From Eledone cirrhosa (Eukaryota), in the NCBI GenBank assembly GCA_964016885.1, contig CAXHJY010001222.1, positions 1-64,000 on the forward strand: a stretch of DNA of 64,000 bases, given 5' to 3'. Shown piece by piece: positions 24,554 to 36,990 of the stretch (positions are counted from its first letter, which is position 1; every line of letters begins with the position of its first letter). The translations under genes and the position numbers were made by a program. Below the pieces are notes generated by a model that made no database searches, was not told the origin of the DNA, and saw nothing but the letters and a program-made list of their open reading frames with translations.

Positions 24554-24617
24554 CCACAGTTAAATAAACTAATTAATACATTAGAGGTGTTTCATTTATT
24601 TAAAATCATCAGGTAAT

Positions 24618-24803
24618 TAATTGTTTCTACTTTTGGCACAAGGCCAGCAATAAACCAGTGCATTACTAGTACTTTATTTTATCGACCCCGTAAGGGTGAA
24701 AGACAAAGTTAACCTCGGCGGGATTTGAACTCAGACTGTAAAGTGACGCAACTATGCGAGAAAGCATGGCGTCCAACCCTCTACCGATACTGCCAATTCA
24801 CCG
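24618..24803 (-). mobile_element. SINE family B, near full length, with target-site duplication
   Basis: Flanked by the direct repeat tcatcaggtaattaat. Confidence 0.8.
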
Positions 24804-25214
24804 TCATCAGGTAATTAATGTTCTTGATTCTACTCTAATGAAACAGTTCCATTGCTGTTGAAGTCATAAATATCTGATGTCTATATATGAACTCACGCTG
24901 AGGTTGCGCTTCCTGCCAAATTACGTAAAAGATAAAACATACCTATTTGTTCTTTAAAGTCTCGGCTGCAGTTTCGCCTACTTTTTTGCAGCAACTATGC
25001 ACCAGAAAAGCGCGCCATCGCCGTGAAGTTCTAGGTTTATCAAGAGAACCCCTCAATTTAACACGACTGTTACTTGTGAATAATCCTCGGAATGCGCAGG
25101 GAGAAATTTATACGTGATACAGTGGTCACAGAAGGAAGGTGAAGGCTGGATGTTTAGCGTGTACCACATTTGCTAGAAAAAGCAGTCAGCATCCGCCTGT
25201 TTAACTCCGACAGG

Positions 25215-25592
25215 TATAGTGGATTGGCAGAGCGTCGGACAACATGCTTCACTGCATAAAGTTACGTCCCTTTACCTTATAAGTTCCAACACGACCAGGT
25301 TATCTTTGCCTTTCATCTTTAAGGGGTCGATAAAATAAAGTACCAGTAACACATTGAGTCGATTTAATCGACTTTTCCCTCCCCCCAAAATTGTTGGCCT
25401 TGTGGCGGTGTTAGGCGGTGGGTTGGCAGCATCGGTAGAGGGTCGGATGCTATGCTTTGTAGCATAGAGTTATGGCCCTTTACGGTCTAAGTTCAAATTT
25501 AACTTAGCCTTTTATCCATACGGGGTCGATAAAATAAAGTACCAGTTATGCACTGAGTAATTGCTGACCTTGTGTCAAAAGTAGAAACAATT
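25215..25592 (+). mobile_element. Two tandem SINE family B copies
   Basis: Heads near 25215 and 25414 (ggcggtgggttggcagcatcggtag); shared ggggtcgataaaataaagtaccagt. Confidence 0.7.
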
Positions 25593-25612
25593 ATATTTAG
25601 TATTAGTATTAA

Positions 25613-25666
<54 letters not shown>

Positions 25667-25802
25667 AAGTAGTAGTAGTAGTAGTATCAGCAGCAGTAGT
25701 AGAAGTAGTAGTAGTAGTAGTAGCAGCAGCAGTAGTAGCAGTAGTATTAGCAGCAGCAGTGACAGTAGTAGTAGTAGTAGTAGTAGTGGTAGTAGTAGTA
25801 GC

Positions 25803-25853
<51 letters not shown>

Positions 25854-25873
25854 TGTAGTATTAGTAGCAGTAG
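25613..25873. repeat. (TAG)n/(CAG)n microsatellite
   Basis: Direct inspection; source of the poly-Ser ORF. Confidence 0.95.
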
Positions 25874-26185
25874 TTTAATGTCTCAAGTAGATAAAATGTC
25901 TCATATATAATTTATAAACCCCGTAAGCAAGTTACTATCTGCCATTATATCCATTTCATATTGCATTCATTAACAAACATCCCATCACCTTTATCTCTTT
26001 ATTTCTCTCTGTCTCTGCTCTCCTAATCGTCTCTCTCTTTCATTAAGAATAACTTGTATGATATGGATGCCTTATTCGGCGTTTCTCTTTCTCTTTCTCT
26101 CACTATCTCTCCCATCTCTCTCAGTCTCTTTCTCACTTGCTCTCTTCCACACCCTCTTTCTCTCTCTCTCTCCCTCTCTCTCCCC

Positions 26186-26511
<326 letters not shown>

Positions 26512-26515
<4 letters not shown>

Positions 26516-27105
26516 ATGAGAAGAAAGACGAATTCTGCGTGGTTTGCACATGGGTTACATATGATAAAAATAGTCCTTCGTCAGTGATTTTCCAATCATC
26601 ATTGGTATTTCATCGCATTAAAAATCAGATACCTCAGGTTGGTGCGAGCAATAACTAAAAAAAGTTATTGGGATTAGTTATTCGCGTAAAGCGAGGGGGG
26701 CAAGTAAACAACATAGAAGGATAAAAGCAAACCGAAGATAGGAAAATAAACAAGCAACATGGTTGTCCGGTCAGCATAAGCTGGGTGGATTTCATGAGTG
26801 AAACGTACAGACCGTGTCGATGTGTGTGAGCTGTAAGCAACAAGAGACCCACACAAACCAAACGTGAGGAAGTGAGAAGGGGAGAAACAAAGAGTGAATG
26901 GAAGTGTGAGGAAGAGGTCAGTCGAGAGAAAGTGTAACTGATAGAGGGGGCGAAAGAAGGTGAGAGAAACAGAGAGAGCGGGGAAGCAGTAAGAGAGAAA
27001 CAGACAAACGCAGCCGTGGTAAATATATATTAAAAACATGAGAAGAAAGAAGAATACTGCGTGGTTTGCACATGGGTTACATATGATAAAAATAGTCCTT
27101 CGTCA
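26512..27105 (-). mobile_element. (TA)n-flanked non-coding element with 72-bp direct terminal repeats
   Basis: aaacatgagaagaaaga..aatagtccttcgtca at 26512-26583 and 27034-27105 (period 522). Confidence 0.7.
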
Positions 27106-27587
27106 TATATATATATATATATAATATTAAAGATACTATTTATAGTTATGTATATACTATACTATAAACAACTATAAACAGGGAAGGTCAGTATTTTATT
27201 ACTACCTTATTACCAGTAAGAGAAATAGCTCAATGTAAGAACATTGTTAATGTTCCGATGACTCCAAACCAAAATTTGGAAGAAACAATTGTCAGCGATT
27301 AAATGTTTTAAACATAACTTTGATACTTGTGTAATCTATCTATATATATATATATTAGTAAAAAGGAAAAGAAAATGGTGACAAATTTTTCCCAGTGAAA
27401 AATAGTTTAATTAGGAATAAGTATAAATTAGTAATAAGTATTAGTTAGTATTCAGTTTTAGTTTTAAGTATTTACCGGTTGCGCATTTCTTATGCTTTTC
27501 AAAAATAATTTTGAGATAGAGTGCTCGTGATTTTTCCTGCATCAACTATATATCCATGTATTATGTATGCACTTCTTCATGTATGTC

Positions 27588-27693
<106 letters not shown>

Positions 27694-27912
27694 CTGGGAT
27701 GGACACACGCGTATAACTTGCTGAGTAAGTTCTGTTTAAATTTTTATAGAAATTCTTGTCTGATAAGTTTAATTTTTGTACCATTTTGTAGAGGGACTGC
27801 CAGGTCAAACTTTGATCTGGTCAGTCTCTCAAAATATTCTACGCCTTTAGGCGAAATAGTTAAACAAAAAAAAAAAAAAGTTTTTTCTTGTTGAAAAGTC
27901 AATATTTTTGAA

Positions 27913-29697
27913 ATGGCCGAAGCTTCTTCACCAAAATTCGAAGGAGGAAAGGGGAAGATGAACTTACAGCTTCCCCCTTCCACTGTCACAGTAGCAGAGG
28001 TCAAGAAGAAAGGTCAGCCAGAGGAAGAATTCTCTCCACCTGTTAACCGACAACTTGACGTTGCCATGGCAACAACCCAAAGAACCAGCAGCAACAGCAA
28101 CAACAACAACAATGCGACGGACGAAAACAACACCAATAACAATAACAACAACAACAAGACCAATAACGGTGACAACAACAACAATGATAACAACAACACC
28201 ACCAACGACAACAACAACACAAACAAACAAAATTTCTCCTTCGCCGAGACGACAAGGAAAACCCTCGACTATCTGCCAGTAGATATAACAAAAGCGAAGG
28301 AGCTACTGGCGGATGCGAAAAAATATATAGTGTACGGGGAAAATGGTTCATTCACAATCCATTCCCCCCCGGAACTAAAAAGCCAGAGACTCCTAAACAC
28401 GGTCATGTTTAGGACAATCTCGAACAAAAGTAAAAAACCAGCTCAACCATCACAGAGCGAGATAGAGCTGGTTTTAAAAGACGTCATGAAGGACATCACC
28501 TTCATTCAGAAGGATAGACTCTACGGGAGTCTATCCATTCTCATGAAGGACAGGGACACAGCAGTGAAACTGTCCATCAAACCAATCACATCCACCGCAT
28601 ACATCTTCTACCCTACGTACATGGGTAGAAGAACACAAAAAATAAAAATCCATACCATCCAGCCGATTATGGACATATGGTGGGTTTTGACAGGTTTTCT
28701 GGACCTGGAGGATGACATGCTGGTGTCCATGGGAAAGGCATCGGGTGACGCGTTCAGTGGAACGAGCCTCGAACTTGTAGTTCAAATGAGGCCCGAAAGG
28801 ATCGCCCAGATCCCTGAACGCGTCATACTGGATGATCTAACCTTCATCAACATTACCGTTGAGGGTAGACGGCCCTCGTGTTACCTCTGCGGAACCAGAG
28901 GTCACCTGAGGGCTGTCTGTCCCCAACTTAATAAGAAAACCCCAATCCTGCCTACACCACCAACAACTGCACAACCAACACAATCACCACAACTACCACT
29001 ACAAAAACAACCACCACAGCTCAAACCAAAACAAAACAATGTCCAACCCATCCCCTCCACTCAAAAAACAAAAACAATTTCCAAAACACCCGTACCGCAA
29101 ACACAACCCGAAAATATACCCCTCCCCTCCAACGCGGAAGATGACCCTAGTTCGTCGTCAGACGAGGAGGAGCACTTCCACACAATCAAAAGAAAAAAAA
29201 GAAAACACACCTCAGACACACAAATGAAAAAAAACCCTCCCCAAAACATAACACTGACACCAACACAAAAGAGCTCACAACAGCAAACAAAAAACACCAC
29301 ACAAAAACAAAAACATGCATACACATACATAAATACAAGAAACAAAAAACTGTTAAACATTGTGTACAACAACAATCTAATAAAAACACAAGGGCCTAAC
29401 TTCACCCAGGCAGGGGATTTCCCCCACCTCAAAATGATTAAGGCCCCACAGGACACCTATAAAACTTTAAAAAACAATTTTAAAGAGGACGTGGGTCCCC
29501 CCTGCGTCGGGCCCATTAACCGCGTCCTCCTAAAAAACTATCCCACCCCCTCCCCAAACACCCACACAACTCCAAGTTCCCCAACCACACAACACACTGA
29601 TGCACCCACACTTCCACAAACCACCACCCCACCCAACAACCCATCCCCCACCCTAATGGAAATTGTGCAGTCCGATACCCGGGACGCAGAGAGGTAA
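27913..29697 (+). CDS. Retrotransposon ORF1 protein (594 aa) with CCHC zinc knuckle
   Basis: Uninterrupted ATG..TAA; CYLCGTRGHLRAVC (CX2CX4HX4C) at 28879-28920; Asn-rich and Pro/Thr/Gln-rich low-complexity regions; basic KRKKRK. Confidence 0.9.
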   Translation: MAEASSPKFEGGKGKMNLQLPPSTVTVAEVKKKGQPEEEFSPPVNRQLDVAMATTQRTSSNSNNNNNATDENNTNNNNNNNKTNNGDNNNNDNNNTTNDNNNTNKQNFSFAETTRKTLDYLPVDITKAKELLADAKKYIVYGENGSFTIHSPPELKSQRLLNTVMFRTISNKSKKPAQPSQSEIELVLKDVMKDITFIQKDRLYGSLSILMKDRDTAVKLSIKPITSTAYIFYPTYMGRRTQKIKIHTIQPIMDIWWVLTGFLDLEDDMLVSMGKASGDAFSGTSLELVVQMRPERIAQIPERVILDDLTFINITVEGRRPSCYLCGTRGHLRAVCPQLNKKTPILPTPPTTAQPTQSPQLPLQKQPPQLKPKQNNVQPIPSTQKTKTISKTPVPQTQPENIPLPSNAEDDPSSSSDEEEHFHTIKRKKRKHTSDTQMKKNPPQNITLTPTQKSSQQQTKNTTQKQKHAYTYINTRNKKLLNIVYNNNLIKTQGPNFTQAGDFPHLKMIKAPQDTYKTLKNNFKEDVGPPCVGPINRVLLKNYPTPSPNTHTTPSSPTTQHTDAPTLPQTTTPPNNPSPTLMEIVQSDTRDAER

Positions 29698-29721
29698 GTG
29701 CCTTTTCTCTTCACCACCAAC

Positions 29722-32700
29722 ATGGCTATGCTAAGAGTAGGCTGTTTAAATGCGCGTGGCCTGGGCTCAACTTGGAAGCAAGCAAGGCTTCTAAATGACC
29801 TCAGGTCACAACGTATAGATGTGATGGTTATTTGCGAGGCCCGGATCAGCAACGTGCGACAGCTGGCCCCCACCTTTGATGACTTTGAGATGCACGCATC
29901 TCTCTGTCAGCCCGGAGGTGGGGGTGGAGTTGTCGTTCTGCTGCAAAAACATCTGGGTCTCGCAACACAGATGGTACATTTGGACCCGGAGGGTCGACTA
30001 GTGGTTCTGGACCTTGGCAGTGGTAAAGGCGGAGCGTTTAGGTTGGTAGCCGCCTACGGCCCTTTCGGGTCAATGCGGCCGGACTTCTTCCATCGTCTGG
30101 AGACTTTTCTAGGGACGTCCCGCTCCTTGCTATTAGTGGGGGACTGGAATGGTATCCTAGATGCACGCTGGGACTACGTAGGGGCCTGCCCCGATAGAGA
30201 GGGGTGTAATAGCCTCAAAGGGTTAATCGGTCGATTTGACCTGGCCGATAGATATCGACTAGATTTTCCGACTGCGCCAACCTGGACTTGGGCAAATCGT
30301 AGCGGATCATCTAGGTCGTACCTAGATAGGTTCTTAGTTAGAATTAAGGATAAGGACTTTTTAAGTTGTCCAAAAATGCGCATGGTTGGCTATTCAGACC
30401 ACAAATTAGTGACCTGCATGGTCAACCTTGACAGAACTCATAGACAGGGCCCCGGTTACTGGAAGCTCAACTTGTCCTTGCCGGCAAGTAGAGCCTACAG
30501 GAATCGGATTAGTACGTTAGTTAAGGAACGGTTGACTGGAGCGATCGTCAACAGCAGGTGGTGGGTATCTCTAAAGAGAGAGATTAGAGTAGTCTCGATA
30601 GAATTTAGTAAGGTTCTAGCTGCGGATAGGAATAGGAAGGAAAGGGAGCTAATAGATAGAGTAGAAGAGGCAATTAGAAGCGGCGACGTGGCCAGAGTGC
30701 TAGCGTCGAGAACAGCTTTGAGCCAGTTTTTCGACGCGAAGCACGAAGGCTGCGTTGTCCGAAGTAAAATACGTGCTCTAGGGAACGAGGGGACCAAAGC
30801 TGTTAGCTGGGCCCGCGTGACAGAGGCCAACAGAGGAACTAAATCCACCATCCGGTCTTTGCGAGACCTGGATGGACGGGCGATTCTTGAGCCTAAGCAG
30901 ATGTGTGAGGCCTTTCAAAGGCACTTTGCCCGACTGTTCGGGAGGGGCGGGGAGCCGGTTGGGAACGTGGACTTCGGTCCATACCTCGACGGCCTGCCGC
31001 GCCTCTCGGACAGGGAGGCGAAGTCCTGCGAGGAGCCGATTTCGGCCGCTGAGATAGAGGACGTGCTGAGCCAATGCGGCAAACGCAAATCCCCGGGTCT
31101 CGATGGTCTTCCTTACGAATTATATCTAGCTATGCCGGACTTGTTCCCCGATCTCCTCGAGGCGGTCTACTGCAACTGGCAACAGAACGGGAGAATTCCC
31201 TGTACTGTGACCAAGGGCGTAGTCACGCTAGTGAGGAAGGACGAGAACAAGGGGGACGAAATAAGTAACTTCAGGCCCATAACTCTGCTAAATACAGAGT
31301 TACAGATTTTGGCCAAGGTGCTAGCAAAGAGGTTGGCGCTTGTCGTGGGCAACCTGGTGGGAGATGCGCAGACATGCGCTATCCCGTCCAGGTCCATCCA
31401 TGACAACCTCCACCTCATGCGATACATCATAGAGAGGGTTGGGAACGAACCCGGCTTTGGTGGGGCTCTGATCAACTTGGATCAATCTAAGGCGTTCGAT
31501 AGGGTCGACCATGGTTACCTGGATGCGGTGCTAGCGGCGGCAGGCTTCGGACCCGTTTTCAGGGGCTGGATCACTGCTACGCACAGCAGCCGCATCTGCT
31601 CTAGGGTCAAGGTGAACGGCTACCTCTCGGAGCCGTTCAAAATCGCGCGGTCCATCCGACAAGGGTGCCCTCTCTCCTCCCTTCTGTATGTGTTGACTCT
31701 CGAGCCACTACTGCGGAAGTTGGAGTTGTTGCAGGGCATCCCTTTGGAACCGGGATTGCGGAAAGCGGTGTCGGCCTACGCCGATGACGTGACAGTAATG
31801 GTGTCGACGGCCTCCGAAATCGAGGCGGTCGGCACCTTACTGGAGGAGTACGAAAAGTTCACAGGGGCTAAGCTGAACCGGGACAAGTCGATCGGTTTGC
31901 AACTCGGCACGTGGAGGGGCAGACCGATGCCCTCCGATGGCGTCGTCGGACGCTGGACGGAGGGCCCGGTGAAGTTGCTCGGGGTCTGGTTCGGACCGGA
32001 CCTCCAGGTGGAGAAAAACTGGGCGGAGGTTACGAACAGGGTGTTTGCACTGACCCAGAAGTGGGCCAGTTGCAAACTATCCCTGAAAGGTCGGGCGGAG
32101 GTGGCGAACACCTACATAGCGTCCGTCATCTACTACCGCCTGACCGTAGTGCCCTGCCCAAGGGAAACCCTCACCAAGATGGAGCGCGCGCTCTTCCAAT
32201 TCCTTTGGAAGAGGCGGGCTCCTATGGTGAGGAGATCCATCTGCTGTCAACACCCTTCGAAAGGAGGGCTGGGGATGCCGTGGCTAATGATGCGTAAACA
32301 CGCATTAAGGCTACGGCACCTCTACGTATTCCTCACCGGACAACCGGTGTGGGCCTCGTTTGTGAGGCGAACCTTTCCCAGACTCGTCTCACTCACCGAT
32401 CTGCAATCCTGGGTCAAGCAAAGACCGAGAAAACTGGGCGCCTGGCACACTGAGTGTGCCCAGGCGCTCACTGCCCTCTGGCAGGCGGATCCGGTTATCA
32501 GTGGAGACTCCACCGCAACATTCTATAGAGGGCTGGTACGCAGCAGGTGCGACGACGCCCTCGGAGAAGTCCTAGACATGGAGGAGGACGAACTGGCCAG
32601 CCTGTTCGGTAGGACATTCAGCCCGGGACCTATGGACAACTTCCAGAAGTCCCTGGCCTGGCAGCTTACCCGTTCGAGAAAGGCTCTACAGACACGGGCG

Positions 32701-33145
32701 CCCGGGTAGGGACCCCGCCAAAAAGATCTGTCCCAGATGCGTGTGCGACGAGGAAACCGTTGCACACGCATTGGTACACTGCTCGGGCGTAGCCGATCTG
32801 TGGGGCTACGTCGAACAACTGCTGTCAAGGGTGGGACCGATCCGGTTGACCACCGAGTCTATTGTAATGATCAAGCCGCCTCCCCCCTTCAAAGATGAAG
32901 CAGAGGCGGTGTTTCTGTGCGTAATAGCCATGGCGAAAGAGGTTGTATGGTGGACGCGTCTGAAAGGACTGAGGTCAGGCACCTTTCTCTCTGGCCAACA
33001 ACTGGTCCGTTTCTTCCGATATCATTTCGGAAGAAGGATCAGGATGGAGAGAGAGGTGCTGCACCCCAGCCGTTTCTATGAAAGATGGGTGAAAGTGGCG
33101 AGAATGGCCCGTGTGAATGGGCCTTCACTCTACATCAGACTATAG
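29722..33145 (+). CDS. Retrotransposon ORF2: APE endonuclease + RT + CCHC, with one frameshift at ~32665
   Basis: ATG in ccaacATGG as in copy 3. EN motifs LNARGL, CEAR, GDWN, YLDRF, SDH; RT motifs KSPGLDG, FRPITLLN, DQSKAFDRV, RQGCPLS, YADD, LLGV. After a ~14-nt deletion relative to copies 3 and 5, another frame continues CPRCVCDEETVAHALVHC to TAG 33145. Confidence 0.92.
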
Positions 33146-33409
33146 GTGAGGAAGATGAAAGACCAAGGGAGCACCCCTTCTCTGTGCTCCTGAGGAGAAG
33201 GGTTGCACACTTTTTTCGGGGGTGTGTGCGACCCCCCAAGGCGCCTCCTCTCTATTGAGGATTTTGTTAAAAATTTTATTTTTTGTTATATCTTATTTTA
33301 TTTTTATATTTTGTTATTGCCTCCTCCTTATTGAGGACGCCTTTTTGTGTAAACTCCCCCCTTTGTACTTGTCCCACTTTTGATGCCCTAGTGGCAAATA
33401 AAAGAAACA

Positions 33410-33494
<85 letters not shown>
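33410..33494. repeat. (TATC)n tract between Tx1-like copies 4 and 5
   Basis: Perfect tetranucleotide repeat. Confidence 0.97.
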
Positions 33495-33495
<1 letters not shown>

Positions 33496-34344
33496 GCGGC
33501 GACGTTCTCGGGGAAACTCTAGGCATCGAGGTGGACGAACTGACCAGTCTGTTCGGGAAGACTTTCCGTCCAGGGCTTATGGATAACTTCCAGAGGTCTC
33601 TGGCCTGGCAGTGCTACCGACGAGCTTTACCAGTTCGGGACAAAATCTACAGGCACGGACGCCCTGGCAGAGATCTTGCCAAAAGGACCTGTCCAAGATG
33701 AGAGCAGGATATCGAAACCGTTCTGCACGCAATTGTTCAGTGCCCAGGGGTGACCGACTTGTGGAATTATGTCGAACAGCTACTGTCACGTGTGGGACGC
33801 ATCCAGTTGTCAGCCGCGTCCATCGTGAGGATTGCCCCGCCGCCTTCATTTAAGAATGAAGGAGAAGCGGTTTTCCTCTGTCTGGTGGCTATGGCGAAAG
33901 AGGTAATATGGTGGACGAGGTTAAAAAAGGACTGAGGGCAAACACCTTTCTCTCCGGACAACAACTTATCCCCTTCTTTAAATACCACTTCAGAGGAAGT
34001 GGAGAGAGAGGTGCTACACCCCAGTAAATTCGCAAAAAGGTGGGTGAATGTGGCGAAAATAGCCCGACTGAATGGGCCTTCTCTGTATATAAACCTGTAG
34101 GTTGAAGAAGACGAACAGAGGGAAGACAGCAACACCTACAAAATGTGCTCCTGGTTGAGGGTTGATCTATCCACTGGGTGTAAAACCACACCGCAGTAGC
34201 GTTACTCCCCCTAATGGGATTTCGATTGTTTTATTTTATATATAGTTTATTGATATTCATTATTGTTAAAGATATTATGTAAAACCCCCGCCGTCACGTC
34301 TTGTAATGTCCCATTTTTGTTCGCCCCTGTGGCAAATAAAGAAA
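33495..34344 (+). mobile_element. 5'-truncated Tx1-like LINE, copy 5
   Basis: Starts abruptly after (TATC)n with CGDVLGETLGIEVDELTSLF; contains MAKEVIWWTRL; ends gcccctgtggcaaataaagaaa, then atatc..tctatctatc. Confidence 0.9.
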
Positions 34345-34437
34345 TATATCTATTAATATATCTATCTATCTATCTATCTATCTATATAATATAGAAATGG
34401 CTTCTATAGGACTAGAACCGTTTCAATCGAAGGAAAT

Positions 34438-34485
<48 letters not shown>

Positions 34486-34506
34486 GTATATATATAAACT
34501 AGAAAT

Positions 34507-34550
<44 letters not shown>

Positions 34551-34954
34551 AACATATGAAACAATCCCAGGGAATAATTTGTAAAAGTGTGTAAGCACAC
34601 ATAGCCAGGTAGGTAACTAATCAATGTTTAACTAGAACTTTAAAAATAGATACCTTATAAATTGATTAAACTTCCTTGTATATATTTCATTAAAGAAATA
34701 TATTTCACCATTAATCGATCGGTAAACCACAGTAGCCAAATTCGGATTTTCAACAAGGGAGATCTAACTATCTGTGTTTACACAGATAGTTAAAATCTGT
34801 GACTAACTATTAACACGTGTTGCATTGTTTAAAAATACACACATCGTACCAGCTTCGTTCCAGTGGCGTGAATAGGTTTATCGACAACTAGAAATAGCAG
34901 CCGAGTCCTTTCAACTGAATTAGATCTAAAAGTAAGGGGCCGTATATATATCCA

Positions 34955-35260
34955 AAATTAAATTAAGGGTGTCATGTCAGAGAGACATGCACCATATCCT
35001 CTGTAGAATATGCTCCAAGATTCTAATGAATAGATCCGAGCATTTTATACAGATACAGATACTCCACACCGATTATACTTTCAGATTTATACCTGTGATT
35101 ATTGGGGCACTGGAATATGTTAGTAACTGCCTCAATACAAATCTTGAGAAGCTAGGCTTCACAGGAACAGAAAGAACACAATTAGTTAAGAAATTACAAG
35201 TACAATCCATTAATGAAACAGTAAAAAGGTGTAAAACATTCCAAAACTTTTGCATCTAAT
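34955..35260 (+). pseudogene. C-terminal fragment of an RLE-type (R4/Dong-like) LINE
   Basis: FIPVIIGALEYV..NLEKLGF..KLQ resembles the post-endonuclease motif IPVIIGALG..L..LG. Confidence 0.6.
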
Positions 35261-36489
35261 AACTGCATATACACATGTACAGATACTAAGCATAAGCACA
35301 TGCACATATACAATTCAAAACATCTACATCCACACATACAATAACATCCATACCTGCACATGCATGGATGCAGACATGCATGCAGACATGCATACATAAT
35401 CTACCTAGTTGATGTTGTGTAAATTCCAACGAGAGAGTCTTGGCTATGTTAGAAAGCGACTCTCTCTCTATTGGCAAACATTTGTGAAATTATAAAACCA
35501 GAAGAACATATATACATACTTGCAAACAGACATATATGTGAACATATATACATACATACATGGTAACATACATACATAGAGACATACATGCATACATGTG
35601 AACATATTGACATGCATGTGAATATACATACATACATGTGAACATACATACATGTGAACATACATACATGACAAGATATATACATATATGTGAACATATA
35701 CTCATACATGCATACATACATACACACATATATACATACACACAAACAAACATACATACATAATACATACATACACACAAATATACATACATACACACAC
35801 ATTGATACATATATACGTACATACATACATACATACATACAAATATACATACATAATACATAATACACACATACACACAAATATACATACATACAGACAT
35901 ACATACATATATACAGACATACAGACATATATACATACATACATATATACATACATACATGCGATCCTACAGTCAACTCTCCAACCCTCCTCCTCGTCGC
36001 CCTCTCTTTATCCCCTTTCTCTCTATCTATTAGACTGTGTCATTTCTGTCTGTCTTATTATCTCCCTTGTGATCTTATTCCCATGTTCTAAATTCTTCAT
36101 CTAATCATCGGCAGCCTACTTCCCCTATCAAATTGCTTGGACTCCACCCCGTTTTTAAATCGATCTATCAGACCGTGTATCTTCTCATTTGTCACTTAAG
36201 CATCAATGCTTGTTATTCCCAGCCTTCTTTAATTCTTTTTATTTTATTGTATTGTATTTTATTTTATTTTATATTTTTTTATATATATATCTTCATCTTC
36301 CTTGCCCTCCCACCCACAAACACAAAAATAATAATAATAACAATATTAATAATAACACAACACAACAAAACCGAACAAACAAACAAATATACATACAAAG
36401 GCAAGAAAAAAAAAAAAAAAAAATTAGAAAAATACATGATGGAAAAGAATAAAATGTTAAATAAAAACAACAGTAAAACACACAACCAT

Positions 36490-36990
36490 CACTCCTACCA
36501 CCACCACCACCTCCACCACTACTCCAACCGACGACGACGACAACCACAATAACAAAAAACAACAACAGCAACAGAAGCAACAACAACAACAAAAATATAT
36601 GATAGAAAAAAGTTATATAAAAACAACACTAAAACCCACCTCCACGATCACCACCACCACCACCACCACCATCACCACTACCACCACCACAACCACAACC
36701 ACCACCATAACCATCACCACTACCACTACCACCACCACCACCACCTCCAATAACAGCAACAACAACAACACCACCACCATCACCATCACCACCACCACCA
36801 CCGACACCACCACTACCACCAACGCCACCACCACCAACACCACCTCAATTATCACCACCACTACCACCACGACCAGCACCACCAGCCGCACCACCACCAC
36901 CACCACTACCACTACCTCAACCGACGGCAACAACAACAACAACAACAACAACAGCAACAACAATAAAAATAAAAACCACCAACAACAACT
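36490..36990. repeat. (CAC)/(CAA) low-complexity tract
   Basis: Direct inspection. Confidence 0.9.

Larger units (their letters stand above)
27694..33407 (+). mobile_element. Full-length Tx1/L1-type non-LTR retrotransposon, copy 4 (~5.7 kb)
   Basis: ~220-bp 5' UTR, ORF1, 24-nt spacer, ORF2 (APE-RT-CCHC) and ~260-bp 3' UTR ending gtggcaaataaaagaaa; perfect (TATC)n on both sides. Confidence 0.95.

Noticed and set aside
29698-29721. ORF2 start at GTG 29698 in the ORF track
   Set aside because: ATG 29722 has the better context and matches the copy 3 start.
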